From positions 9,147-73,146 of the forward strand of contig JBAZZR010000002.1 in NCBI GenBank assembly GCA_041658665.1: 64,000 nucleotides of DNA. The letters are read 5' to 3'. This stretch comes from Patescibacteria group bacterium. GTDB taxonomy: Bacteria; Patescibacteriota; Patescibacteriia; Patescibacteriales; UBA12465. Both the position numbers and the translations under genes were made by a program. Below the pieces are notes generated by a model that had not been told where the DNA came from, did no database searches, and saw nothing but the letters and a program-made list of their open reading frames with translations. The stretch's first letter is position 1. The number at the start of each line of letters is the position of its first letter. Below are positions 1-10,600 of this stretch, piece after piece.

Positions 1-360
1 TTGATCAACCCCGACCACGCCATAGCTCTTTTCCGCCGAGCCGTAAGAAACACTGGCGTTACCTTCAATGGCTCCTGTCGCGGCGGTAATATGTTGAGCT
101 TGGCTTAAAATAATTTCGGCGTCAGTGGTTTTTAATTTTGAACTGCTAGTAAATCCTCGACCGCGATTAGCCATTATCAAAATTGAATTAGCACTAAGAT
201 TATGGAACTGAGCATTAACAGAATCTTGAGCCCCTTTACCAATCGCAAAAACGGCAATCACAGTAGAGACGCCGATAATAATACCCAACATCGATAAAAG
301 ACTACGAGTCTTCTTAGCTAGTAACGAAGCGAAAGCCATTTTAATAATTTCCCAAGTCAT
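1..360 (-). CDS. ABC transporter permease, MacB/FtsX type (N-terminal part only; gene runs off the left edge)
   Basis: Own reverse-strand translation from ATG at 358-360: MTWEIIKMAFASLLAKKTRSLLSMLGIIIGVSTVIAVFAIGKGAQDSV..., a typical MacB-type N-terminal TM helix. The frame stays open to position 1. Directly follows the ATPase gene (stop at 362). Confidence 0.8.
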   Translation of the reverse strand, partial: MTWEIIKMAFASLLAKKTRSLLSMLGIIIGVSTVIAVFAIGKGAQDSVNAQFHNLSANSILIMANRGRGFTSSSKLKTTDAEIILSQAQHITAATGAIEGNASVSYGSAEKSYGVVGVDQ

Positions 361-361
361 A

Positions 362-1075
362 TTAGTATTTGCCTTTTAACTGATAATTATTATCAACAAC
401 CTGACCATCGCGTAAATAAATTATCCGATCGGCATATTTAGCTACTTCAGCAGTATGAGTAACCATAACAACCGTTCGCCCCTGATTCTTAAAATTAGTA
501 AAAATATCCATAACCTCCAAACCAGACCGCGAATCTAAGGCCCCGGTTGGTTCATCAGCTAAAATTATTTCCGGATCATTAACTAGAGAACGGCAAATCG
601 CCACTCGTTGTTGCTGCCCACCGGATAGTTCATTTGGTTTATGGTGCAACCGGTCAGACATGCCTACCGCTTGTAAAAGTTCTCGAGCTTTATTATTACG
701 TCTCTCCGGATTAGTGCCCGCGTAAATAGCCGGTAAAATAACGTTATCTAAAGCCGATAACCGGGAGAAAAGATTAAACTGCTGAAAAATAAAACCCATC
801 TTCTTATTCCTAATAAAAGCTAAAGTATAGTCATCCTTAACGTGACCAATATCTTCATTATCTAAAAAATACTGACCTTTAGTTAAAGGGTGCAAACAAC
901 CAATTATATTAAGCAGGGTTGTTTTGCCGCCACCGGATTCGCCCATAATCGCAACGAACTCCCCTTTTTTAATCTCTAAATCAATACCATTTAAAACGGG
1001 TATCTCCTCACCATTAGCTAAATAATAAGATTTATAGGCCTCGACTAATTTTATCGCTAGACTAGGATCACTCAT
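362..1075 (-). CDS. ABC transporter ATP-binding protein (MacB/LolD-like)
   Basis: Walker [13 protein letters not shown] signature LSGGQQQRV, Walker [12 protein letters not shown]. Sits in an operon with the adaptor and permease. Confidence 0.9.
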   Translation of the reverse strand: MSDPSLAIKLVEAYKSYYLANGEEIPVLNGIDLEIKKGEFVAIMGESGGGKTTLLNIIGCLHPLTKGQYFLDNEDIGHVKDDYTLAFIRNKKMGFIFQQFNLFSRLSALDNVILPAIYAGTNPERRNNKARELLQAVGMSDRLHHKPNELSGGQQQRVAICRSLVNDPEIILADEPTGALDSRSGLEVMDIFTNFKNQGRTVVMVTHTAEVAKYADRIIYLRDGQVVDNNYQLKGKY

Positions 1076-1100
1076 AATGTATAAATTTAAAACACTAGTC

Positions 1101-2966
1101 TTAATACAAAATTACATCGCCTTCTTTAAGACCGCTAATAATCTCCACTTTTTTACCGTCTGTGAAACCACTAATCACTGTCGTAAATTGGTGGTCAACC
1201 ATTTCCACCGCCGGATTACCGCCCACGTTACGAACCGCCTCCACTGGTACTGATAAAACATCTAGAGCCTGCGCGGTAATAAAATTAATTGAAGCAGTCA
1301 TGCCTTCTCTAATTTGCGAACCGCCGGTATTAGTTAACAGCACTCTAACCAAATAAGTAACAATACCATTAGCACTAGTCTCCGAAGTTAAAGAAATAAA
1401 ACTAACTTCTCCATTTAATTTCACGCCGTCAACAGCGTCAAAAGTAACATCGGCTTTATCGCCGACCTTAAGCTTACTAACATCTGCTTCCTCGATATTC
1501 GCTTCAATAAATAGCGTATCATTATTAATAATACTAACCACGGTTTTACTCGTACTACTATCTAAAATTATGTCACCTTTCTTATAATTTAACTGAGCAA
1601 TAACTCCATCAATTGGCGAAATTAAAGTCGCTTGGGCGACATTATATTTAGCGCGATCAACGGAAATCGCCGCTGAAGTTAGCTGGGCGCGCGCCGAAGC
1701 TAAATCGACCGCTCTGACCGGCGCCACCAGCGCCTTATAGTCATTCTCCGCCTGGCTTAAAGAAATCTCCCGCGACTTAAGAGTGATAGTCGCATTATTT
1801 ATATCCCGCTCGCTTTGTTTCTTAGTCGCCGCTAAGTCATTAAGCGCTTTATTATAAGAAATTTGTAAGCCATTTAAACTGGTCTCCGCGTTATTAACCG
1901 CCTGAGTAGCATTATTCAAACTAGATAAACTAGAGTTAACGCTAGAGCGATCACTATTAATAGTTGACTTAAAACTATCTAATTTAGTTTGAGAAAGATT
2001 GGCTGAAACAATTGTCGCGTCTAATAAATTCTGCATATCATACATTTGAGACTGTAGGAGACTTAAGGCTTGTTTAGTTTTAAGGGCTAAAGAATCAAGC
2101 GCCCCATTATCGCTACTATTTAAACTTAAAAGACTAGAATCTAAATCTAATTTTAAAGCCTTGGCTTGCAAATAACTAAATTTAGCCGTCGCTAAAGTAG
2201 CAGAATTTTTAACTCCTAAAACCGATTCGAACTCATCATTAACGGCTAAATCATCAATCCCTAAAATATTATCGGCGTCATGTAAAGCCCGCTGAAAAAG
2301 TACACTCACTGATTTGATAGAATCTAACAAACTAGAGTAAGCATCCTTTACAATCGCGCTGTCGCGAGCATTACTATTTAACTTCAAACTATTTTCCGCT
2401 GCTAAGAGAGCGCTGGCCGCGTTAGTTATTTGCTGACTGGCGCTTGATTTAACTTGTTCTAAACTAATCGTTGCTTGACTTAGAGAAACTTGCGCCTGAT
2501 CAATAGTGGTTTGCGCTTTACTTAACTCGCTATCCGTCGGTCCCGCCTGTTTAGAGCTTAGGCTAGCCAGAGCTGATTGATAACTAGCATAGGCATTACG
2601 CAATTCAAATTCTAGACTCTCGGTTTTGACAGCGGCGATTTTATCACCCTTTTTAACTTTATCCCCTTCTTTAACGTAAACATCTTTTACTTCTAAATTC
2701 CCGCTCACGGGGAAAGAAAGCTCGACTCCGTCTTTAGCCGTTACTTTTCCGTCGGACTGAACAGCAATTTTTATGTCTTCTTTTTTAACCGTCCATTTTT
2801 TTACTTGGACCACCGCGGCTTGACTAGTTTTAGAACTATTATAATAGTAATAAGCGCCGGCCAAGAGGAGTATAATAATAAAAACTAAAGCGGCTTTTTT
2901 ACTAAAAATAAATTGTCTAATGGCGCTGCGCTTTTTCCGACTTTCTTCTAGAATTGATTGAGCCAT
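1101..2966 (-). CDS. HlyD-family periplasmic adaptor (membrane fusion protein) with a very long coiled-coil
   Basis: N-terminal TM anchor, a lipoyl-like VKEGDKVKKGDKIA motif, a long Ser/Ala/Leu-rich coiled-coil and a C-terminal beta-barrel region. Lies upstream of the ABC ATPase and permease. Confidence 0.75.
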   Translation of the reverse strand: MAQSILEESRKKRSAIRQFIFSKKAALVFIIILLLAGAYYYYNSSKTSQAAVVQVKKWTVKKEDIKIAVQSDGKVTAKDGVELSFPVSGNLEVKDVYVKEGDKVKKGDKIAAVKTESLEFELRNAYASYQSALASLSSKQAGPTDSELSKAQTTIDQAQVSLSQATISLEQVKSSASQQITNAASALLAAENSLKLNSNARDSAIVKDAYSSLLDSIKSVSVLFQRALHDADNILGIDDLAVNDEFESVLGVKNSATLATAKFSYLQAKALKLDLDSSLLSLNSSDNGALDSLALKTKQALSLLQSQMYDMQNLLDATIVSANLSQTKLDSFKSTINSDRSSVNSSLSSLNNATQAVNNAETSLNGLQISYNKALNDLAATKKQSERDINNATITLKSREISLSQAENDYKALVAPVRAVDLASARAQLTSAAISVDRAKYNVAQATLISPIDGVIAQLNYKKGDIILDSSTSKTVVSIINNDTLFIEANIEEADVSKLKVGDKADVTFDAVDGVKLNGEVSFISLTSETSANGIVTYLVRVLLTNTGGSQIREGMTASINFITAQALDVLSVPVEAVRNVGGNPAVEMVDHQFTTVISGFTDGKKVEIISGLKEGDVILY

Positions 2967-2975
2967 ATATAATAA

Positions 2976-3629
2976 TTAGTTAATCAAGACGAATTCCGCC
3001 ACTTTCTTATCAGAAACACTACTACTCAGCCAAATAGTTATACTCTTATCCGCTGTGATATCATTTAAGGTCGCTTCCAACATTTCTCTATTTTGTTTAG
3101 TATCAACCGACGGCTTCAACATTTTAATACCAACCGGGATAATCACCTTCTCTTCGCCAGTACTGAGTTTCTTTAACTCTTCTAACATTTTAGTTCGATC
3201 AACGTCTTGGTCGTTAACACCGGGACTTCCCGGACCGCCAAAACCGCCTTGGCCGCCACGAGCGCCGCCAGCCATACGAGAGTTACCAGGACTTAAAGAA
3301 AAACGAGCCGAAGAAGAATTTGATTCACCGGATCTATTTTCGACCGTCGAGCTAGCTCGTCGGTTAATATTATCAATCTTTAAAATTGTAACTTCATTAC
3401 CAATTATCGATTTTACTATACCTCTAATATCGGCCGACCTTTGCGGCTGACCAAAATCAGGACGACGAGTCCCCGCTCCCGCCTGGCTAGGACTCTCCTG
3501 ACTAGAATTAGAAGAAATCTGGCCAGGGACTTGGCCACAAGCCGTTAAAAATAATAAAAGAGAAAAAACAGTCGTAAAAAATAGCGCTTTCCTCATAATT
3601 TTTGAGTTTAAAAAATTATTTAACAACAT
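2976..3629 (-). CDS. lipoprotein with a Gly/Ser-rich low-complexity centre, function unknown
   Basis: Signal peptide plus lipobox LFLTAC. The likely true start is MRKALFF (about 3596). Sits in the operon position ahead of the HlyD/ABC genes. Confidence 0.5.
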   Translation of the reverse strand: MLLNNFLNSKIMRKALFFTTVFSLLLFLTACGQVPGQISSNSSQESPSQAGAGTRRPDFGQPQRSADIRGIVKSIIGNEVTILKIDNINRRASSTVENRSGESNSSSARFSLSPGNSRMAGGARGGQGGFGGPGSPGVNDQDVDRTKMLEELKKLSTGEEKVIIPVGIKMLKPSVDTKQNREMLEATLNDITADKSITIWLSSSVSDKKVAEFVLIN

Positions 3630-3844
3630 CCTTTAGTAAAAATTCTAGTAAAAATACGCTGAAAGTCTTATATTAATACGCTAACATCAATAATTTTCTT
3701 CATAAATTAGCTAAAGAAATTAATGCTAAAACAGCCTACTAGCCGAGATATCAAGGCCGGTAGGCTGTATTTATTCTTTCGGGCTAATAAACGCCGGGAA
3801 AACGCTCCTTAAGCCGTAAATTTATTGGTTATCAATGCGTAAAT

Positions 3845-4360
3845 TTATTTGTTATTAATACCAGAATCTCTTAGTTCCATTCTTCCTAATCCCATTCCTT
3901 CAAAACCCATTCTCTCAATGCCTAAATCCTTCATAATTACAGCGGCTTGCTGTCTTAATTTATAAGCCTCGACTAATTTAGAAAAATTATCAGCCGTGAT
4001 TTTTGTAGTTAGAGCGCTGTTTGAGCCAACGGCCTTAAGCCAAGCTTGATAGTCGGAATTTTTTAGAGCGGCATCAATCGCCACTCGTTTAACCGACTGA
4101 TTCTGCTGTCTAAGAGCGGCCTCCGCTTTTAAAGAAGTCTTTTCGCTCTCCGTTAGCTTTTGTCCTTTCAGTTTATTCTGTCCCATTTTGAACCGCGTAT
4201 TTTTTATATTTTTAGAATCCTGATTTTTGGACAGTTCCGACTTAGCCGTTAAATTACTAAAACTGGTATCGGTCGCCGCTAAAGCCGATAAAGCGGTTCC
4301 GGATACTAGAGCTAAAACGGAGAAAGCGACTAAACTTTTCGCTAAATTATTTTTAATCAT
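3845..4360 (-). CDS. secreted helical protein, function unknown
   Basis: 171-aa ORF with an N-terminal signal-like segment (LVAFSVLALVSGTALSALA). A hairpin terminator lies downstream (about 3730-3770). Confidence 0.45.
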   Translation of the reverse strand: MIKNNLAKSLVAFSVLALVSGTALSALAATDTSFSNLTAKSELSKNQDSKNIKNTRFKMGQNKLKGQKLTESEKTSLKAEAALRQQNQSVKRVAIDAALKNSDYQAWLKAVGSNSALTTKITADNFSKLVEAYKLRQQAAVIMKDLGIERMGFEGMGLGRMELRDSGINNK

Positions 4361-4507
4361 ATGAGTATTTTGTCTCTTAAGAAAAGCCTTCCTAAGAGAT
4401 AAATTTAATTGTTAATTTATTAAGTTAGTTATTTTACTCTGGCCAAGATTTATGACGTCATCTGCTAACTAATACGCCCCTAACAAAAAACTTCTTCGCC
4501 TCTAAAA

Positions 4508-5335
4508 TTAATCTGCAGACGGACGACCCGGCGGCCGCTTAAAATCAGACGGGGGTGAACAGTCGTCATCCGGACAACGTTCGTGAATTATACGGCGCAT
4601 ACTCGGCCGCTTAAAAAATCCCCGGCCCGAATGGATCGTCTTCACTAAAGTAGAAGAAAATTTCTTCTCGGCGGAAGCCTGACCGACCATGCGAACAGGC
4701 GAACCAACAACTATCTCCGAATAATCATCATCATCGGCAGCGTAACTAACTTGCCAAAGTTCACCGGCGGGATCGATAATCGTAAAACTATTTTGCTTAC
4801 CTTGTTCGACGACTATTCCGGCCAAACGACCTTCTAAAGGGCTGGACCAAAAAGGCACCTGTTGATTTATGACGGTATCATACCAAGGAACCTGAGCCCC
4901 TAAAACATCATCGATTTCTTCGCCTAAGCCGGAGAGAAAAAATACAGCGCCTAGAATAACACTTACTAATATAGAAAATAAAGCAATAAACCAAACTGGA
5001 TACTTATAACCCCGCTTAGTATGTTTAAAATTATAATAAAGAATATAAACGAAAATGCCTAAAAAAATCAACCAAAAATAAGGCAAAGTCAGAAGAAAAA
5101 ATTCCCCGAAACTCTTCTGCGCCTGATCATATATTTCCCAGTCATTATATTTTAATAAGTAGAGTAGGACTGAAACAGCGGCCGCGCCGATAAGAAGCGC
5201 TAGAATTCCGGCGGCCCAAATAACATAATTTTTTAATAAAAAATGCCAGCGCGGTCGCGGCGCGATTTTCTCTTCTTTAATCTTCGCTACTAGCTTCTGA
5301 TCAAAGTTAAGTTCTGCTTGGTGATCTAAATCCAT
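4508..5335 (-). CDS. membrane protein, putative anti-sigma factor partner of the upstream ECF sigma
   Basis: Immediately downstream of the ECF sigma gene (10-nt gap). Short cytoplasmic N-terminus, several TM helices and an extracytoplasmic C-terminal domain. No zinc anti-sigma motif seen. Confidence 0.4.
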   Translation of the reverse strand: MDLDHQAELNFDQKLVAKIKEEKIAPRPRWHFLLKNYVIWAAGILALLIGAAAVSVLLYLLKYNDWEIYDQAQKSFGEFFLLTLPYFWLIFLGIFVYILYYNFKHTKRGYKYPVWFIALFSILVSVILGAVFFLSGLGEEIDDVLGAQVPWYDTVINQQVPFWSSPLEGRLAGIVVEQGKQNSFTIIDPAGELWQVSYAADDDDYSEIVVGSPVRMVGQASAEKKFSSTLVKTIHSGRGFFKRPSMRRIIHERCPDDDCSPPSDFKRPPGRPSAD

Positions 5336-5345
5336 ATAGATAAAA

Positions 5346-5930
5346 TTATAATTTCCAATCTTGTTTCTCTGACTCCTGTTTAAATTTCTGTTTAGCTTTG
5401 TTCATCATCGAGGCGACGGTGCCTAAAGGTTTTTTGATAATATCAGAAATTTCTTGATAATTTTTTTCCTCCAAAAATTTCAAAACTAAGATCTCGCGAT
5501 ATTTATCGTCCAGCTGACTAAGTACCTGATTAACCTTCGCCTGTAAAATATGGGTGTCGACACCCGCCATAATATCGATGTCGGCCGCTAAATTACGGGC
5601 GGCGGCGTCCTCAATATTAATCGAATAACCTTCCGGACGCGCTTTAAGTCGACGGTGGTGACTAATAACTTGATTATGGGTAATCCGATAGATCCAGGAA
5701 GAAAATTTTAGATCTTCATTAAAATCATTCAAGTTCAAATAAACTTTAATAAATACCTCCTGAAGAATATCTTCCGCCTCTTCCGGATCGATATTAGTCA
5801 AGCGCCAAATATAACTCAACAATCGCCCTTTATAACGATCAACTAAATACAAAAAATTATCCTGGTTTTCCAGGGTTAACTTAACTAATTCTTCGTCGCT
5901 CATATTCTGTCCCTGGTTTATTTCCAACAT
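5346..5930 (-). CDS. RNA polymerase ECF-type sigma-70 factor
   Basis: Region 2 (ILQEVFIKVYLNL...WIYRITHNQVISHHRR) and region 4 HTH (YQEISDIIKKPLGTVASMMNKAKQKF). Confidence 0.85.
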   Translation of the reverse strand: MLEINQGQNMSDEELVKLTLENQDNFLYLVDRYKGRLLSYIWRLTNIDPEEAEDILQEVFIKVYLNLNDFNEDLKFSSWIYRITHNQVISHHRRLKARPEGYSINIEDAAARNLAADIDIMAGVDTHILQAKVNQVLSQLDDKYREILVLKFLEEKNYQEISDIIKKPLGTVASMMNKAKQKFKQESEKQDWKL

Positions 5931-6012
5931 GCGCTTAGAATGGCCACCCTTGAATCATAGGCGGGTGCTGATTATATTACGTTATTATTCCCTCTTTTCT
6001 TCTCTAAAAAAT

Positions 6013-7293
6013 CTAAACGACTTGAGAATCATGTTTAATTGCTTCAATTAGTGCCTGCGAATCAGCAAATTTCTTCACTTCCCTAATTTTATGAGAAATT
6101 TTAACTATCACCGTTTCGCCATAAATATCGCCCGAAAAATCTTTAATCAAGACCTCGAGCGAAACCGGCTTATCAAAAACTTCTCTAAAACCGAAATGCA
6201 TAACTCCCGCATAACTCTTATCTTTAATAATGATATTAACGGCATAAACACCGTGCGGGATATCTAAATCCGTCTTATCGAGGTTAGCCGTGGGAAAACC
6301 TAACTTTTTCCCCCGACCAACGCCGCGAATAACTCGAGCCTTAAAAACAATCTGCCAAGCTTTACTCGCCAGCGAAGATTGGTAAAAAGCTAATAATAAA
6401 ACGAAGGCGGCGAAAGCTTGGGGCCAAGTAAGATAATTCTTATTAAACACATAGTCTAAAACCAACGAGGAAAGCGGCCAAAATAGTTCTAAAACTGTCG
6501 CTAGAGAAGCGGGGACTTTCTGTAAACCAAAATAATAAATAAACATCGCGCCCGCGCCGCTAGTTAAAACAATTAAGATTAGTAGTTCCCATTGGCTAGT
6601 CGATAACCCGCTAATCGCTCCGACTCGACCGCTGAACAATAAAATGGCCGACATTAAAAGTGAAGTAACGCCGAAACGTAAAGCGGCAACCGCCTTATAA
6701 TCTAAATGATTAGCGATTCGTTTTCCAAAAACAGTCGAAGAACCAAAGGAAAAAGCCGCAATAAAAGCGAATAGAGCGGCACTATGCCGCCAGTCTAGCG
6801 CCGCTAAATTTAAACCCGTTTTACCAAACGCTAAAAAGTAGGCCGCTAAAATAGCTAAACCCGCCCAAAGATAAAATTTCTTAGTTAATTTTTCTCCTAA
6901 AATGAGTCGCGACAATAAAATAGCAAAAATCGGCTGAAGCTTTTGTAAGATAACGATTAGGGCAAAACTTATGCCGCCGGCGGCAGCGATAAAAAAAGCC
7001 TTGGTGATCATAATCGTCCCAATAACGCCGCCAAAAATACTAATCCAGACTATCGCCAACCAGCTCGACCAGCTCAAGAATTTAATCTGACCGCGATAAA
7101 TATACACAAACGGACAAAGAATCAGAAAACCTAAAATATGCTCTAAAAAAACTATCAATTCCACCGGCGACTGATAAAATTTCGGACGAATAAAAAGACC
7201 ATCAATACTCCAAAGTAAGGCCGCCAGCATTATCGCTAGCGAGCCAACGAGAGTCCGCCGATCAATTAAAATATTCTTAAGAATTCTTTTCAT
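6013..7293 (-). CDS. EamA/DMT-family transporter fused to a C-terminal riboflavin kinase domain
   Basis: About 310 aa of 10-TM EamA-like sequence, then VIRGVGRGKKLGFPTANL...EVLIKDFSGDIYGETVIVKISHKIREVKKFADSQALIEAIKHD, the flavokinase (RibF C-terminal) signature. Confidence 0.8.
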   Translation of the reverse strand: MKRILKNILIDRRTLVGSLAIMLAALLWSIDGLFIRPKFYQSPVELIVFLEHILGFLILCPFVYIYRGQIKFLSWSSWLAIVWISIFGGVIGTIMITKAFFIAAAGGISFALIVILQKLQPIFAILLSRLILGEKLTKKFYLWAGLAILAAYFLAFGKTGLNLAALDWRHSAALFAFIAAFSFGSSTVFGKRIANHLDYKAVAALRFGVTSLLMSAILLFSGRVGAISGLSTSQWELLILIVLTSGAGAMFIYYFGLQKVPASLATVLELFWPLSSLVLDYVFNKNYLTWPQAFAAFVLLLAFYQSSLASKAWQIVFKARVIRGVGRGKKLGFPTANLDKTDLDIPHGVYAVNIIIKDKSYAGVMHFGFREVFDKPVSLEVLIKDFSGDIYGETVIVKISHKIREVKKFADSQALIEAIKHDSQVV

Positions 7294-7312
7294 ATCACCA
7301 AGGTATCTTCAT

Positions 7313-7555
7313 TTAATCCTTAGCTAGATCGGCTTTTTTTTCTTCAAATTCCTTTTTCTCAATTTCGCCCTTAGCGTAACGTTCTTTCAAAAGACTGAGA
7401 GCATTATTGCTTCGATGTTTATGGTGGCCTCTACCAGAATCGGCTAACCAACGAATGAAAACTATAAGAGCGTAAATTAGGAGAGCCCACCAAATGATCA
7501 TGAGAATTGGCCCAAAAAAACCAAACCCATAAGGATAATAACCAAAATTCATCAT
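7313..7555 (-). CDS. SHOCT-domain small membrane protein
   Basis: One TM helix followed by LSLLKERYAKGEIEKKEFEEKKADL (SHOCT-like C-terminus). Confidence 0.65.
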   Translation of the reverse strand: MMNFGYYPYGFGFFGPILMIIWWALLIYALIVFIRWLADSGRGHHKHRSNNALSLLKERYAKGEIEKKEFEEKKADLAKD

Positions 7556-7635
7556 ATTATTAAAATTATTTATATTAGATAACTATTATAGCATATTGCC
7601 TGGTTTATCTCGACTAAAAATTCTAATTATCATGA

Positions 7636-10600
7636 TTACGGTTGGAACTCAAAAGTCGGCCCGACAAAATGCATTTGATCTAAAACCGTGTCAGTTTTCG
7701 GCATGATGCCAGCAATTATCGCGCTCTGACCAGAAAAATCTTCAACAATATCGCCCACTTTACTAAATTCTTTTTCTTTAATCATCATCTGAGCATCGCT
7801 AAAACCAATATAAACGGGAAAATATTGCCGATTACTAAGCACTATTATATCAAAATTAGAAATATTATTTTTTAATTTTTCTGGTAAACTATTTTTATCA
7901 CCTTGATAAAAAATGTCGACCCCTGCCTCTTCGACGATTACTTTTAAATTAGCAACCCTCGTCATTTTAGCCAGCGTAGCCTTATTAACCAGGTGATAAT
8001 TATCAACTAAAGTTCCGGTCGGCTCCAATATCCCGACAATTTTAACAGTAGCTAGCCCAAAAAAATCCGTTAAACTATCACCCGGACCCTTAATTAAATT
8101 CTCTTTTTTCATCATCATCGCCTCGTCATAACCAATAATCATTTCATTATCGCCTAGGACTGAAACTCCCTCTTGAATTTTAACCAAATCGGGTAAACTG
8201 TCGACACCTAAAAATAATTTAGGATTATCGTCACCAAAGTTAATTTTGGTTTCATTCCCAGCCACAAAAGTATTAAGAGCTGAAGCGGTTTTGACCGAAA
8301 CGATAGCGGTCGAGCCGCCAGTCTCCATGCCCGAACTCAGCCGCGCAAATTCTAAGAAAGCTAGAGTAAAAACTATCACCATAACAACGGGAGCAATTAA
8401 TGATAAATAATTCCGCTTATTAGGTTTGAAATAACGAAGTAAAAGCGAATTGCCGACTACTGAGATAGAGCTCATCGCCATCGCTAAACCGGCTAACTCT
8501 GGTTTTAAAACCAAACCAAATTTAATGAAAAGACGAGCGGCAATCGGAATGCCAATCACATTATAAAATAAAGCAAAAAACATATTCTGCTTGATCTTAC
8601 TCATAGTCTCGCGGGAAAGCTGAAAAGCGCTCACAACATCATTTAAATCATTCTTCATAATTACAATCCCCCCCGTTTCCATCGCCACATCCGTGCCCGA
8701 ACCCATCGCGATACCGAGGTCGGCCTGTGCTAAAGCGGGCGCATCGTTAATCCCGTCGCCAACCATCGCGACCTTATTACCTCCCGCCTGTAATTTTCTG
8801 ACCTCACTGGCTTTATCTTCTGGCAAAACTTCCGCTAAAACATTGGTAATTCCGACTTGGCTAGCGATGGCTTTCGCCGTACGCTCGTTATCGCCGGTAA
8901 TCATATAAACCGTAAGACCTAGTTTTTTTAAGCGAGTGATCGCTTCCGACGAACTCGCTTTAACGGTATCAGCGACCGCGATCACGCCTAAGATTTTTTC
9001 TTTAGTAGCTAAAATCATCGCCGTTTTACCCGCCTCTTCTAGCTTAATCAATTTACGATTTAGCTTATCAATTGAGTGACCGAGGATATCGGTGACCAAA
9101 CGACGATTACCAAAATAATATTCGACCTTATCAATTAGACCCTTAACCCCGTGGCCCGCGATGGCTGAAAAATCGGTAACTTCATCCAGACTAATCGACT
9201 CCTGATTGGCGTGAGTATAAATCGCTTCCGCCAGAGGATGTTCAGAGAGTTTTTCAAGACTAGCAGCGATGGCTAAAATTTCCTCCTCCTCTAGATTTTC
9301 GAAAGCTATGATATCAGTTACTTCCGGCCGGCCGTAAGTTAAAGTACCCGTCTTATCAAAAACAATAGTCTTAATATGACAAGCCGCTTCTAACGGTTCC
9401 CCGCCTTTAATAAGTATTCCGTATTCCGCGCCCTTGCCTGTTCCGACCATTAGCGAAGTCGGCGTGGCTAAGCCGAGTGCGCAAGGACAAGCAATAACGA
9501 TAACTGAGGTAAAAGCCATGAGAGCGAAAGACAATGAAGCTCCTAAGAAAAAATACCAAACTAGAAAAGTAATAATCGCCAGACCAATAACCGTCGGCAC
9601 AAAAACGGCCGAAATTCGATCAGCGAAACCTTGAATCGGCGCTTTAGAACCCTGGGCTTCTTCCACTAAACGAATAATCTGGGCGAGCACGGTTTCACTG
9701 CCCACGCTAGTTACTTTAAATTCAAAGCTACCCGTTTTATTAATTGTGGCTCCGACTACTTTATCGCCTACTTTTTTCTCGACCGGCAGACTTTCCCCGC
9801 TAATCATCGATTCGTCTACGGCCGAGGAACCTTTAACTATTTGACCATCGACAGGAATTTTTTCACCAGGACGGACTAAAACAATATCGCCATGAATGAC
9901 TTCATCAATCGCAATATCTAGAGTCGAGCCATTACGAATTACCCGGGCCGTCTTAGCTTGCAGCCCCATTAATTTTTTAATCGCGTCGCCCGTCTTTCCT
10001 TTAGTACGAATTTCTAACCATTTGCCTAGAATAACAAAGGTGATTAAAAAGGCCGCTGTTTCAAAATATAATTCCGGGATCTTACCATTTAAACCAAGAA
10101 CCGACTGAGTCTTAATAAAATAGTTAATAAAATTAATTAAGCTATAAAGATAAGCCGTCGAAGTACCGATGGCAATCAGGCTATCCATGTTAAAAGTCTT
10201 CATCTTCAAGGCTGACCACATCCCCTTATAAAATCCCGCCCCAATAATAAACTGAACAGGCGTTGTTAAAATCAGCGAAACTATTCCGACCCAAGGTAAA
10301 ACCGCGGCTTGGCCGGGAATAGCGAAAAAATCCAGCAACATAAAGTAAAGCATCGGTAAACTAAGAGTAAAACTAAACCAAAATTTCTTAAAATAAAATT
10401 TAATCTCCTGCTCTCTCTTCCGGCGGTCATAATCATTATCTTTAGTATCGACGAGCTCGGCTTTATAACCAGCTTTTGCAATAGCTTCTAAAAAAGCTGG
10501 TAATTTCACTTGCGTTTCGTCGTAGACAATATTCGCTTTTTCCGCCGCAAAATTAACATTCGCCTGAGATACCCCCGGCACTTTCTTTAAAGATCGTTCA

